Source: a virus (lineage: Duplodnaviria > Caudoviricetes). From it: a stretch of DNA of 42,696 nt. Positions within the stretch are counted from its first letter, which is position 1; every line of letters begins with the position of its first letter. Below the pieces are notes generated by a model. That model was given only the letters and a program-made list of their open reading frames with translations, was not told where the DNA came from and searched no databases. The DNA lies in the IMG/VR virus record IMGVR_UViG_3300048564_000016, positions 1 to 42,696 of that record. One strand, given 5' to 3'. Both the position numbers and the translations under genes were made by a program. This document shows positions 1-8,532 of this stretch, one piece after another.

Positions 1-127
1 CTCGGGGGTCATGATCTAAATAATCCCCGTGAGTGCCGCCGTGCCGTAAATCGTTGATGCGTGCGCGTCGCCTTCCCACCCGATCGGCATCCGAAAGCCG
101 CTGGCATTGCGATGACCGCCGCCGCCG
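1..127. repeat. Terminal direct repeat, copy 1 (circular assembly overlap)
   Basis: 1-127 is identical to 42570-42696. The DHH stop (16-18) and VRR-NUC start codon (10-12 = 42579-42581) read continuously across the join. Confidence 0.95.
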
Positions 128-939
128 TACCTCTTGGCAATCGCGCTCACATCGACGCCGTCCTCACGGGAGCGCAGCGAGAACACGCGGCCATCGGGCG
201 TGTCCCAATAACAGGCCGCGAAAGGCTCGCCGGCTGCCATCAGGCTCCCGGCGTCGCTCGTCAGCGTGTAGGGCAGATTGGCGACCGGAACGCTGATACC
301 GCCGATGATCATCCGGCGCTTGGTGACGCCGACAAGCTCGGCGATATCCTTGTGGTGTTTGCGCTCGATTGCCTCGCCCTGCTTCGCCATCAATTCGAGA
401 TCGGCGGCGAAAAGCTCGTCCCAAACCGTGAAGTCATAGGGGTAGCTGAAAACTGCGGCCTGAATCTCGCGCGTGTGAGGCAGCAAAAACCGCCACAGGT
501 CGCGGTCTTCGATATGGTCAAGCAAGCGCGGGCGTGGCTGGCCCGGATGGAAAAAATCCCACGCGATCCCCGCGCCGCTGCGATTCATGTCGAACACCGC
601 GCGGACGGGTTCGGCATTCTCCATGTCGTCGAGCGCTGATTGTTCCACATGGTCGAGCCACGTCTTTGGAGCCCTCAAACCTGCCAAGTCATCGGCTGCC
701 GTCTTGTGGTGATCGAGGATCAGCACCGATGATGCTGCGCGGCCGATCGCGTCGATGACGGGCCGCTTGTAGCTAAAATCCACAAGCACCACGTCGCGCC
801 CGCGAACATCTGGCGGGTCGTTGCCATAGATGCCGGGGTGAAATTCGACATCGGCATCACCAAACCGCTGGCGCACGGCCCACGCCGCCCCGAAGCCGTC
901 AGCGCAGTTGCCGTGGTAGATGCAGAGAGTCTTGTTCAT
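16..939 (-). CDS. DHH/DHHA1-family phosphoesterase
   Basis: Start at MNKTLCIYHGNCADG. Motifs: D-x-D-like CADG, LVDFS, LDHH, EDRDLW, FSLRS, GGGGHRNASGF. Confidence 0.9.
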   Translation of the reverse strand: MNKTLCIYHGNCADGFGAAWAVRQRFGDADVEFHPGIYGNDPPDVRGRDVVLVDFSYKRPVIDAIGRAASSVLILDHHKTAADDLAGLRAPKTWLDHVEQSALDDMENAEPVRAVFDMNRSGAGIAWDFFHPGQPRPRLLDHIEDRDLWRFLLPHTREIQAAVFSYPYDFTVWDELFAADLELMAKQGEAIERKHHKDIAELVGVTKRRMIIGGISVPVANLPYTLTSDAGSLMAAGEPFAACYWDTPDGRVFSLRSREDGVDVSAIAKRYGGGGHRNASGFRMPIGWEGDAHASTIYGTAALTGII

Positions 940-949
940 TCTTGCCTCG

Positions 950-993
950 AAAAATCGGCCGCTGCCGCCGGGCGCTCCGGGCTTGCAGCGGCC
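950..993 (-). terminator. Intrinsic terminator-like hairpin in the early leftward operon
   Basis: GGCCGCTGC (957-965) pairs with GCAGCGGCC (985-993), followed on the minus strand by GATTTTT. Confidence 0.5.
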
Positions 994-1060
994 AGTTGAC
1001 ACACGGGAGGTACCGGTGGGCGACCGGCGGCGCCTCGCCTTGCGGCAAGCTCGGGATGGG

Positions 1061-1279
1061 TCATAAGCTCGGAGGGCCTTCGGCCCGCTTGGCGTCTGCG
1101 GCGCGCGCGAGAGTCGCGGAGCGGTCGAAACCGCCGGGCTCGGTGCGCGCCAAGTCCAAGCACGCGAAATACAGCGCGAGGTTAGCCAACCCCTCGCCCT
1201 CAAGATGAGGCGCACAGCCCTTTGCCTCCCTCTTGAGACGATCAGCCAATGCGGTTGCGCGATCTAACACGCTCACCAT
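1061..1279 (-). CDS. Hypothetical protein
   Basis: 72-aa ORF overlapping the stop of the upstream CII-like gene. Confidence 0.5.
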   Translation of the reverse strand: MVSVLDRATALADRLKREAKGCAPHLEGEGLANLALYFACLDLARTEPGGFDRSATLARAADAKRAEGPPSL

Positions 1280-1653
1280 CCGCGCCTCGCTGCGTAGGTC
1301 TGCATGAGCTTCTGAAAGTCGCGCTCAAACTCGGGATCGATGTCGTTGTGCATCCCAGTGAGCCGGCGCACTTCCGCTGCGAACTCGGGAACCGATGCGA
1401 TCAGCTTCAGCATCACCAACGCGGACGGCGCTGAGCGGCCCGCCATCAGGTTCTCAGCCGTGCGAACGTTGATGTTCGCCGCACTGGCGAGGTCTTTGAC
1501 CGGACTCGCCCGCCCACTGAACGCCCGCTGGAGCGTATCGGCGAAACTGCCGACCACGCCCCGGTAGTCGTCGAGATAGGCGAGTGCAGCCGTCACGTTC
1601 TCACGCTGTTTCCCGTGAAGTAATTGAGCGATTGCTTGCGATGATGCGCGCAC
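1273..1653 (-). CDS. HTH regulator, CII-like by position
   Basis: HTH-like segment VKDLASAANINVRTAENLMAGRSAP, GGAG RBS, located downstream of cro. Confidence 0.6.
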   Translation of the reverse strand: MRASSQAIAQLLHGKQRENVTAALAYLDDYRGVVGSFADTLQRAFSGRASPVKDLASAANINVRTAENLMAGRSAPSALVMLKLIASVPEFAAEVRRLTGMHNDIDPEFERDFQKLMQTYAARRGW

Positions 1654-1858
1654 GTCCGTTCTCCATGCTTGTGGGCATGGAGCGAGACAGACAGAAGCGC
1701 ATCAGCAAGCAGCGCCCGCGAGCGGACCAGGATCGGATCGGCCTCGGAAACCAGCCGGTCCAGGTCACGCGCGAAAGCGTTGCGAACGATCAGAGAGACG
1801 ACCGGGCGCGGCGGCTCCGCGCGCTCGGCGAGGTGGTGGCGGATTTGCTCGCTCGCAG

Positions 1859-2092
1859 TCATCGGGGCGAGCCGTGAGACGGTTGTGGTGGCGCGTGTGG
1901 GGTCGGCATTTCACCGGCCGTGGCGTTTTGAGCGTCAAGATTCACAATCGAAACGCCGGGGCCGTTGTGAATGACGGCCACAAGGCAACTTTTTTCGCCA
2001 TACAGGCATGTAATTTCTGTTCCACGAATAACGCTTTCGGCCCTAACGGCGAAAGGTTTAACGTTCGGGGCGCGCACCATATAAATTGCCAT
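1859..2092 (-). CDS. Hypothetical protein
   Basis: ORF MAIYMVRAPNVK... within a tightly packed operon. Confidence 0.45.
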   Translation of the reverse strand: MAIYMVRAPNVKPFAVRAESVIRGTEITCLYGEKSCLVAVIHNGPGVSIVNLDAQNATAGEMPTPHAPPQPSHGSPR

Positions 2093-2096
2093 CGCC

Positions 2097-2240
2097 TCAT
2101 CCCCCACGCTGCGCCGCGCGCGTCAGTTCCTTCGCCCGCGCCAGCTCCGCTTCCCGCTCAAGCCGAGACTCGCGGCCGAACAGACCGCACAGCACCCAGC
2201 CGAGACAGAACGAACCGATGCACGCGAGAGTGAGGATCAC
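2097..2240 (-). CDS. Small membrane-anchored protein
   Basis: GTG start overlapping the LexA-like stop; hydrophobic N-terminus ILTLACIGSFCLGWVLCGLFG followed by a charged tail. Confidence 0.5.
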   Translation of the reverse strand: MILTLACIGSFCLGWVLCGLFGRESRLEREAELARAKELTRAAQRGG

Positions 2241-2596
2241 GCGGGCGCGCCCTGTAAAACACGAATAGCGCGGGCTGCACGCTTCGTGCGCTCGATGTAG
2301 CCGCGTTTTTCGAGGATCGAGAGAATGCGATGGATGGAGCATTTAGAGGCGTAGCCGGTTCCCTCCATGATCTCCTCGAACGAAGGGCCGATTCCTTGAT
2401 GCTCCGCGACGTAGTCTCGAACGAATTTAAGAACGCGATGCTGGGCTGCGGTGACCGAGAACACCGGCCGCACCGCGCGCGTTTCTCGCAAGCGCTCGAT
2501 CTCAGCGACAGCATCCAGCGCCATCTGGCTCGACGGCATGCCGCGATGAAGCCGTGCGTGGACGAGCAATCGCTGGGTTATGTCCATCTCGCTCAC
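2237..2596 (-). CDS. LexA DNA-binding-domain (winged-helix) protein without peptidase domain
   Basis: TAAQHRVLKFVRDYVAEHQGIGPSFEEIMEGTGYASKCSIHRILSILEKRGYIER..AARAIRV matches the LexA N-terminal domain. GTGA overlap with the cro stop. Confidence 0.8.
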   Translation of the reverse strand: MSEMDITQRLLVHARLHRGMPSSQMALDAVAEIERLRETRAVRPVFSVTAAQHRVLKFVRDYVAEHQGIGPSFEEIMEGTGYASKCSIHRILSILEKRGYIERTKRAARAIRVLQGAPA

Positions 2597-2802
2597 GCCG
2601 CCCTCCCCTGCCCGCGTTCGGCGATGCGTGGCCCGAAGTCCGCGTCGCTGATCGCGCGGCCCTCCGTGTGTGCCGCTCTCAGCGCAGCGGCCTGCAACCA
2701 ATGGGGCGCGCCGCGCTGACGCCACTTCGCCAGCGTGCGTTCGGAGATGTTGGGCCGCTCGCGCCGGGCCACATCGCAGATGAATTTCCAAGAGTCCGAC
2801 AT
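2593..2802 (-). CDS. Cro-like small HTH protein
   Basis: 69 aa, divergent from the repressor; ISERTLAKWRQRGAP is HTH-like. Confidence 0.65.
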   Translation of the reverse strand: MSDSWKFICDVARRERPNISERTLAKWRQRGAPHWLQAAALRAAHTEGRAISDADFGPRIAERGQGRAA

Positions 2803-2808
2803 GTCGGC

Positions 2809-2837
2809 ATACTAGCCAATTTGTCTCCCCGCGACAA
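2809..2837 (-). promoter_or_regulatory. Leftward (PR-like) sigma70 promoter, probably leaderless
   Basis: TTGTCG-17 bp-TAGTAT on the minus strand; the cro ATG follows after 6 nt. Confidence 0.6.
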
Positions 2838-2850
2838 GAGACAATTTGGC
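2815..2850. promoter_or_regulatory. Operator pair (OR-like)
   Basis: GCCAATTTGTC (2815-2825) and GACAATTTGGC (2840-2850); the same 11-bp palindrome recurs at 3250-3302. Confidence 0.7.
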
Positions 2851-2865
2851 GTTCTATAGAAGTTC
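2851..2865. promoter_or_regulatory. Alphaproteobacterial LexA (SOS) box
   Basis: GTTC-TATAGAA-GTTC is an exact GTTC-N7-GTTC, within the divergent control region. Confidence 0.6.
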
Positions 2866-2892
2866 TGTTTTACGCAAAGATAACAGCGGGTT

Positions 2893-3207
2893 ATGTCGAA
2901 TCCGGTGATACTGCGCCCGATGGCGAAGCAGCTTACACCTTTCGAAATATCGGTCGCGCGCCGGGCCGGTTCGGCCGTCCGGGCGATGAGGGAGGCCCGC
3001 AAGTTAACGTGCGAAGACTTGGCGGTCCTGCTTCAAACCTCTGCCGATGCCGTGGCAAAGGCTGAACGCGGCACCCGCCGCTTTTCGCTCGCCGATATTG
3101 CGCGCCTCGCGCTTGAGTTTGATTGCTCAACCGATGATTTAATCTTTGGCCCTGGCCCCCGCCCCGCTATCGTTCGCAGCTCCAAGGTTGTGTGGGCTGC
3201 AGACTAA
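2893..3207 (+). CDS. Cro/CI-type (XRE) HTH repressor, no S24 peptidase domain
   Basis: VRAMREARKLTCEDLAVLLQTSADAVAKAERGTRRFSLADIARLALEFDCSTDDLIFG. A leaderless start at ATG 2920, after GATACT (2907-2912), is also possible. Confidence 0.85.
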   Translation: MSNPVILRPMAKQLTPFEISVARRAGSAVRAMREARKLTCEDLAVLLQTSADAVAKAERGTRRFSLADIARLALEFDCSTDDLIFGPGPRPAIVRSSKVVWAAD

Positions 3208-3249
3208 GTAACAGCCCTGATTCATTAATTTGGTAGCGTAGTTGCATGC

Positions 3250-3302
3250 GGCAGATTGTCGCAGGCACCCAGACATTTTGGCTTGACCAGAGACAGATTG
3301 TC
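3250..3302. promoter_or_regulatory. Three operators (OL-like) overlapping the rightward promoter
   Basis: GGCAGATTGTC 3250-3260, GACATTTTGGC 3272-3282, GACAGATTGTC 3292-3302; -35-like TTGACC at 3283-3288. Confidence 0.7.
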
Positions 3303-3339
3303 TGCGACACTCTCCCCATACTGAGAGGGAGACGCAGCG

Positions 3340-3606
3340 ATGACCGACCGGACACCCGAACCCCAGACGGCTGACCTCGTGAAGCGGCTGCGGAACGGCT
3401 TCGACAACATTCCGACGGTTCTGGAATGGGAGGCCGCCGACGCCATCGAAGAACTGACGGCGGCGCTGCGGGACGGCGCGAACGCTTTCGATTTTATCGG
3501 CGACGTTTTGCACACGCAGAAATGCCCGGCGACGGAGCGGGCGGCGCGCGCGCAATCCGCCAACCTTCGCAATCTCCTCTCGAAGTACGAGGCCTCCAAT
3601 GGCTGA
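3340..3606 (+). CDS. Hypothetical early protein
   Basis: GGAG RBS; DLVKRLR...EAADAIEEL motif typical of small phage proteins. Confidence 0.7.
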   Translation: MTDRTPEPQTADLVKRLRNGFDNIPTVLEWEAADAIEELTAALRDGANAFDFIGDVLHTQKCPATERAARAQSANLRNLLSKYEASNG

Positions 3607-3823
3607 CCTGATCCCGTTCCCGCGCACATGGGGCAACCGGATGCCGCGCGCAGCGCAGTCTACAGCCGATATGGTCTCTGAGTGGGCGACGTATGACCAC
3701 AACCGCGAACGTGCCCGCTGCGCCAACGGGATGCCCGGCCATCCGCCCTGCCGCTCGCCCGCCGAGCTTGAGGCCCTGCTGAGGGCGCGGGCCGATGTCA
3801 CGGCCGCACGGGAGGGCGTGTGA
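3599..3823 (+). CDS. Hypothetical protein
   Basis: Coupled ORF in the operon. Confidence 0.55.
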   Translation: MADLIPFPRTWGNRMPRAAQSTADMVSEWATYDHNRERARCANGMPGHPPCRSPAELEALLRARADVTAAREGV

Positions 3824-4050
3824 TGGCTGAGATCAAGATCGACAAAGGCGCGCCGATGCCGAAGGGCGTCCGCACCGTCGAAAACTATAAGTACCCGTGG
3901 GCAGAAATGGAAGTCGGCGACAGCTTTTTGGCGCCGAAACATTTGAAGTATTTCAAAAATTTGGTGTCACATCCCAACAAGCGATACGCCCCGCGTCGTT
4001 TTACTGCCCGCAAGACGCCCGAGGGCTACCGCATCTGGCGGGTCGCATGA
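3820..4050 (+). CDS. Small phage protein (IDKGxPxP...KYPW..MEVGDSF...RIWRV type), putative DNA-binding
   Basis: Recognisable widespread phage motif; GTGA coupling. Confidence 0.7.
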   Translation: MMAEIKIDKGAPMPKGVRTVENYKYPWAEMEVGDSFLAPKHLKYFKNLVSHPNKRYAPRRFTARKTPEGYRIWRVA

Positions 4051-4403
4051 CCGCCCTCTCCGCTGTCCTCTCCGCCATGCCCGCCGACGAGCCGATGCGC
4101 GGCCGGCGCGTCGATCTCGACGAGTGCTTCAACAGGATCGAGCGGCTGTTGGAAGCTGCAGCGACCGAAACGCCGGCAGACAGCAAGGGCTCGGACATCA
4201 TCGACGTGATGATGGGCCACGTCGATAGCTGGCGGCTGTGGCTGGACGATCAGGAGCGCGCGCGGGAAGCGGCGCAATGCACATGCCGGCCGCGCGCGGT
4301 TCGTCCGACCGATATCGACCCGCCGGACATCCGGCGCGACCGCAACTGCCCGATACACGGGATCGACCCGGACCGGGCCTACGACGAACGGAGGGACGCA
4401 TGA
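4047..4403 (+). CDS. Hypothetical protein with Cys/His motif
   Basis: ATGA coupling; CTC...CPIHG. Confidence 0.6.
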   Translation: MTALSAVLSAMPADEPMRGRRVDLDECFNRIERLLEAAATETPADSKGSDIIDVMMGHVDSWRLWLDDQERAREAAQCTCRPRAVRPTDIDPPDIRRDRNCPIHGIDPDRAYDERRDA

Positions 4404-4681
4404 AGAAGAAATCAAAGACCATGTGCGCCGGTTGCCGCAACGACTTCTACAACGAAGGCAACAACACGCTCGGCGTGACGGAATGCTGGTCATTCAAGAA
4501 TGCGGCGGTCTGCACGCGCTGGAAACTGCCGTGGTGGACCGCGCCCACTGTGGACGGCGCATTCCAGGAAGTGACGACGCTCGATTGCCACTATCGGCCG
4601 GGGCAATACGCCTTCTACAAGCAACTGCCTGACTTTGCCGTGAACCCACGGAAAGAACGCGGCGCAGGGAGGGACGCATGA
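4400..4681 (+). CDS. Cys-rich hypothetical protein
   Basis: GGAGG RBS, ATGA coupling; CAGCRNDFYN...CWS. Confidence 0.65.
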   Translation: MKKKSKTMCAGCRNDFYNEGNNTLGVTECWSFKNAAVCTRWKLPWWTAPTVDGAFQEVTTLDCHYRPGQYAFYKQLPDFAVNPRKERGAGRDA

Positions 4682-4938
4682 GCGAGACGAAGCATACCGC
4701 TGGACCGTGGGTTGCACTACGCAGCATACCCGAAGAAGGGTGCGACGGCTGGTGGATCAAAGCGCAGCCGCACGCGGCGTTGCGCGGATTTACTCACGAC
4801 CTCGCTTGGGTGAACGGAGGCCAAGAGAACGAAGCCAACGCTCGCCTGATCGCCGCCTGTCCAACGATGTACGCATACATCGCCAAAAAAGCCCAAGATG
4901 GAGACGCCGATGCCGCGCGCATCCTCGCCGCCCTTTGA
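4678..4938 (+). CDS. Phage protein (HTxGPW...ANARLIAAxP type)
   Basis: Characteristic motif KHTAGPW / EANARLIAACP. Confidence 0.75.
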   Translation: MSETKHTAGPWVALRSIPEEGCDGWWIKAQPHAALRGFTHDLAWVNGGQENEANARLIAACPTMYAYIAKKAQDGDADAARILAAL

Positions 4939-5353
4939 TGGGCTAACGGACACATGGGGGCGCCGCAATCGCAAGCTCGCCAATCGTGTCTGTCCGAAAT
5001 GCAATACCACTTTCCGCCCGACGCGGGAGACAAGTCGGTACTGCTCTCGTCCCTGCGCATGGGCCAACAATGGCGGCCGAAACAAAAAACCAGAAACGTG
5101 GTGGAAGTCCACGAAAGGCTACATCAACGGCCGTATCTGGATCGGCGGGGTGCAGATGCACGTCAAGAAGCACCGACGCATCATGGAGCAGCACCTTGGT
5201 CGAGCGTTACGGCCGCATGAAGACGTGCACCATGTCAACGGCGACAAGAGCGATAACCGCATTGAAAACCTAGAAGTCATTGCGCATGGGGCGCACTCAA
5301 CGATGACAAATTTGAAGCGGCACTCTCGCGCCAAAGCGGAGGGCCGGTCATGA
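4898..5353 (+). CDS. HNH endonuclease with N-terminal Zn finger
   Basis: CPKC...YCSRPC; HRRIMEQHLGRAL...VHHVNGDKSDNRIENLE. Start uncertain. Confidence 0.85.
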   Translation: METPMPRASSPPFDGLTDTWGRRNRKLANRVCPKCNTTFRPTRETSRYCSRPCAWANNGGRNKKPETWWKSTKGYINGRIWIGGVQMHVKKHRRIMEQHLGRALRPHEDVHHVNGDKSDNRIENLEVIAHGAHSTMTNLKRHSRAKAEGRS

Positions 5354-5616
5354 CCCCGGAAGAGCGTGCGAAGCGAGTGATGTTCGGCAACAACGCGCCG
5401 TTCATGGATGACGACATTCTGACTGCATCGCATGGCTACATCATCAGCTATCCGCAATTGGTCGCCGCGATCCGCGAGGCCGTGATGGCGGAGCGGGAAG
5501 CGTGCGCGAAGATCGCCGATGACTCCGCATCCAGATGGGACAGCCAGCCGGATGACGACTGTGCATCCATCGCGTGCGGCGACATCGCCGCCGCCATCCG
5601 GGCTCGCACGCCATGA
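5350..5616 (+). CDS. Phage protein (AEREACAKIAD...IAAAIRAR type)
   Basis: Common phage motif; ATGA coupling. Confidence 0.7.
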   Translation: MTPEERAKRVMFGNNAPFMDDDILTASHGYIISYPQLVAAIREAVMAEREACAKIADDSASRWDSQPDDDCASIACGDIAAAIRARTP

Positions 5617-5828
5617 CCGGCATGAAGCCAACGCGCAAATTGATCGCGACCCTTCCAACTTGGGCTGCTGACCACATTCATAATCAGCGCCGCACCCTGC
5701 AAGCCGTGTATGGGGCGCTCGCAAAGGCTCAAGCCGAACGCGACACATTTGAGCGATCGGTTCGCGAAATGCGTCTGGAATTGGACCGCGCTAGGGCTCG
5801 CATCGCTGAATTGGTTAGCACGCGATGA
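5613..5828 (+). CDS. Hypothetical coiled-coil protein
   Basis: ATGA coupling at both ends. Confidence 0.55.
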   Translation: MTGMKPTRKLIATLPTWAADHIHNQRRTLQAVYGALAKAQAERDTFERSVREMRLELDRARARIAELVSTR

Positions 5829-6058
5829 GCCTCGCCGACAATCTCACCGAGAAAGATCGGCGCTGGCTTCGTGCGTGCGAAGCGGCCGTCACAGTCGATC
5901 CGGGCGTGGCCTGGGAGCGCGCCCCGATGCGGTTCCGCAAGCTCGAACGCCTTGGGCTGGTCGAGAAATACTTTCTGCACGGCGATAAGCACCAACCCCG
6001 AGCGGTGCTGACAACGATGGGATTTGCTCACATCAGAGCAGAAAGCAGGAACGCATGA
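5825..6058 (+). CDS. Hypothetical winged-helix-like protein
   Basis: FRKLERLGLVE...AVLTTMG pattern. Confidence 0.55.
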   Translation: MSLADNLTEKDRRWLRACEAAVTVDPGVAWERAPMRFRKLERLGLVEKYFLHGDKHQPRAVLTTMGFAHIRAESRNA

Positions 6059-6165
6059 GCCTCAACCGCCTCTCCGCCGACACGGTGATCGGCATCGCGT
6101 TCGCAGCTATCGCGCTGTACCTGCTCTGGCAGGGCGTGCGCGCTTTTTTGAGGATCGCGGCATGA
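6055..6165 (+). CDS. 36-aa single-TM membrane peptide
   Basis: MSLNRLSADTVIGIAFAAIALYLLWQGVRAFLRIAA; ATGA-coupled on both sides; too short for the ORF track. Confidence 0.55.
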   Translation: MSLNRLSADTVIGIAFAAIALYLLWQGVRAFLRIAA

Positions 6166-6674
6166 TGAACAAGATCGATGAACAGCTACGCGACGACCTG
6201 ACCGCCACGTTGCAGGCCGGCATCACGGACGAGGCCCTTAAGGCGATCAAGAAGGCAGCCGATGACATCGTCCAGCGCATTGAAGACGACATTGAATGGC
6301 GCGTGAAGGATGACTTGGCGGGGAATCTGTCGTGGTACGTCGCCGACATGGCGAGCCGCGCCGTCACTGCATTGCTAGACGGCAACTGGCAGATGATGCG
6401 GCGCTACCTGACTTGCGAACAGGGCGGATGGAACGGCCGCAGCGACGGCGCCAGCATCGCCCCTAAGGATATCGAGCGGCAGCACCCGGTCATTCACGGC
6501 GCGTTGTTCGAGGGCGAATGCATCGCGCTGCGTCGCAAGATCGCTGAGGCGCACCGGGACTTGCTGACCAGCGAACGCATTCTTGACCTTGAAGATCAGG
6601 TCAAGTCGCTGGTCGCGCAAGTGAACAAGTTGGAGCGCGAGAAAGAGGAGATTTTTGAGAGGTATCGCGCATGA
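6162..6674 (+). CDS. Hypothetical protein
   Basis: Start MMNKIDEQL with GAGG RBS; C-terminal coiled coil. Confidence 0.7.
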   Translation: MMNKIDEQLRDDLTATLQAGITDEALKAIKKAADDIVQRIEDDIEWRVKDDLAGNLSWYVADMASRAVTALLDGNWQMMRRYLTCEQGGWNGRSDGASIAPKDIERQHPVIHGALFEGECIALRRKIAEAHRDLLTSERILDLEDQVKSLVAQVNKLEREKEEIFERYRA

Positions 6675-6853
6675 CCCGCCCCACCGACGTAATCATCGCC
6701 CCCGGCGTCGAGTTCAACGGCACCTTCGGGTTCACGAGCTGGGAGCAAGACCAAGCGCAGCGCGATCAGATCGTGCGGGCGCGTCGCATCCGTGCCGAGC
6801 GGGACGCGGAACAGCGGGCCGAGCGGATGGCGATGCTGCGGAGGGCGGGATGA
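6671..6853 (+). CDS. Hypothetical protein
   Basis: Coupled ORF. Confidence 0.55.
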   Translation: MTRPTDVIIAPGVEFNGTFGFTSWEQDQAQRDQIVRARRIRAERDAEQRAERMAMLRRAG

Positions 6854-7116
6854 CCCGCGACTCTCGCCGTGTCGATCAGCCGCGCCCCGGCTACTTCCGC
6901 ATGCGTCTGGTCCGTGGCGGACCCTACGTCGCAGCGCGCATCTGGCAGGGCAAGACCGGACTGTTGGCCCACGTCAACGGCACGCCGACCAATCTGGACC
7001 GCGTGTGGCTGTTCGGCCACGAGATCGACCTTGCCGAGTACCAGAAGCTCATGGGGCGCGTGCTGGTCAATGCCGGCGAGGCTCCCGATCTGATGCGACT
7101 CCCTTCTCCATTTTGA
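6850..7116 (+). CDS. Hypothetical protein (PRPGYFRMRLVRGGPYVAARIW motif)
   Basis: ATGA coupling; motif of a type seen in alphaproteobacterial phages. Confidence 0.65.
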   Translation: MTRDSRRVDQPRPGYFRMRLVRGGPYVAARIWQGKTGLLAHVNGTPTNLDRVWLFGHEIDLAEYQKLMGRVLVNAGEAPDLMRLPSPF

Positions 7117-7123
7117 GGTTCCC

Positions 7124-7831
7124 ATGCCAGACGATACGATGATTGGACACAATCAGCCCCCCTCGCCAGTCGATGCGCTGCTGCGCGAGATCGAGGCCAC
7201 GTCAAGCGATCTGACTGAGCGCGCATCCGAACTTGCCGGCGGGGCCGAACGGTGCGTCGTCAACGATGACGACACCGCCTCGCGCGCGACCCTGCTTGCC
7301 AAGCAGATCAACGAGGCGATCAAGGTCGCCACAGATCGGCAGAAGGCCGCGAAAGAGCCCTATCGCGTTCTCGCCGATGCGGCGTTCAACTGGTTCAAGC
7401 CGACGCTCGACAAGCTCGACACGGCCAAGCGCGCGACGCTCGGCAAGCTGGACGCCTACCGCCGCCAGCGCGAAGCCGAGGCCGAGGCCAAGCGCAAGAC
7501 CGCCGAGGACGCCGCCAGGAAGGCCGCGGAAGAGGCCGCGAAGGCGAAGACCTTGGATGACGCCTTCGACGCCAAGGTGCGCCTGGAGGCCGCCCAAGCC
7601 CAAGCGGCGGCGGTCGTGGTTCCCGAGGTTCGGTCGGCATACGGCCACGTCGCTACCGGCCGCAAGACGTGGGACTACGAGGTCGCCAATCCCGAGGCTG
7701 TGCCGCGCCACTTCCTGCAGATCAATCACGACGCCATCAAGGCGCACATGAAGGGCCGGCCGAAGGACAAGCCGCCAACGCCGATCCCCGGCGTCACGTT
7801 CTTTGAAAAAACCACCACGGTTGTGAGGTAG
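7124..7831 (+). CDS. Coiled-coil protein of recombination module (Gp157/Gam-like by position)
   Basis: IGHNQPP N-terminus, long Ala/Lys/Glu helix, C-terminal IPGVTFFEK; immediately upstream of ERF. Confidence 0.6.
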   Translation: MPDDTMIGHNQPPSPVDALLREIEATSSDLTERASELAGGAERCVVNDDDTASRATLLAKQINEAIKVATDRQKAAKEPYRVLADAAFNWFKPTLDKLDTAKRATLGKLDAYRRQREAEAEAKRKTAEDAARKAAEEAAKAKTLDDAFDAKVRLEAAQAQAAAVVVPEVRSAYGHVATGRKTWDYEVANPEAVPRHFLQINHDAIKAHMKGRPKDKPPTPIPGVTFFEKTTTVVR

Positions 7832-7833
7832 CC

Positions 7834-8532
7834 ATGCAGTCGGAAGCCATCAACGAACTCGCCGCCGCGCTGGCAAAGGCGCAAGGCTCATTCACGGCGA
7901 TCAAGAAGGACAAGACCGCTCGCGTTCGCATGAAGTCCGGCGGCGAGTACCAATACAGCTACGCCGATCTCGCCAGCGTTTTGGAGGCGGTGCGAAAGCC
8001 TCTCGCCGACAACGGGCTTGCCTGCGTCCAGGCGATCAATCTGACCGACAATGGCCTGATCTTGCAGACGCGCATTCTGCATTCATCCGGCCAGTGGATC
8101 GGATCGACCTATCCGCTCCCGGCTGGCGGTGCCGCGCAGGAAATGGGATCGGCGCAAACCTATGCGCGGCGGTATGCGCTATGCGCGCTGGTGGGGATCG
8201 TCGCCGAAGATGACGACGATGGTGCGGGCGCGGAAGAGACGAAGCCGCGTCAGAATAAGCCGCACGACCCGTCGCCGCCGCCGGAGCCGCCGCCGACTGC
8301 GCCGACCTACCAACTCATGCACCCAAAAGGGCGCGTCGCGTCGCGGCACGAGCGGCCTAGTCTGTTCCTGTCAGCGCTTGAGGAAGAGATGCGCGGCGCG
8401 AAAGACCCGCATGTCTGGTGGGCAATCAACGGCGCACAGGCCAAGGCCATCGCCGAGCAGTTTCCGCAGGCCAAAGAGAAGGTCGCGGAACTCGAAGAGG
8501 CTGCATCGTTCGGCCGGACCGCGGCGGCGTGA
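7834..8532 (+). CDS. erf: ERF-family single-strand annealing protein
   Basis: INELAAALAKAQ...YSYADLASVLEAVRKPLADNGL...HSSGQWI...QEMGSAQTYARRYALCALVGI..DDD. Confidence 0.9.
   Translation: MQSEAINELAAALAKAQGSFTAIKKDKTARVRMKSGGEYQYSYADLASVLEAVRKPLADNGLACVQAINLTDNGLILQTRILHSSGQWIGSTYPLPAGGAAQEMGSAQTYARRYALCALVGIVAEDDDDGAGAEETKPRQNKPHDPSPPPEPPPTAPTYQLMHPKGRVASRHERPSLFLSALEEEMRGAKDPHVWWAINGAQAKAIAEQFPQAKEKVAELEEAASFGRTAAA

Noticed and set aside
1-127. 127-bp direct repeat as a biological terminal repeat
   Set aside because: The length matches a common assembler k-mer and it cuts through coding sequence, so it is best read as circularisation overlap.
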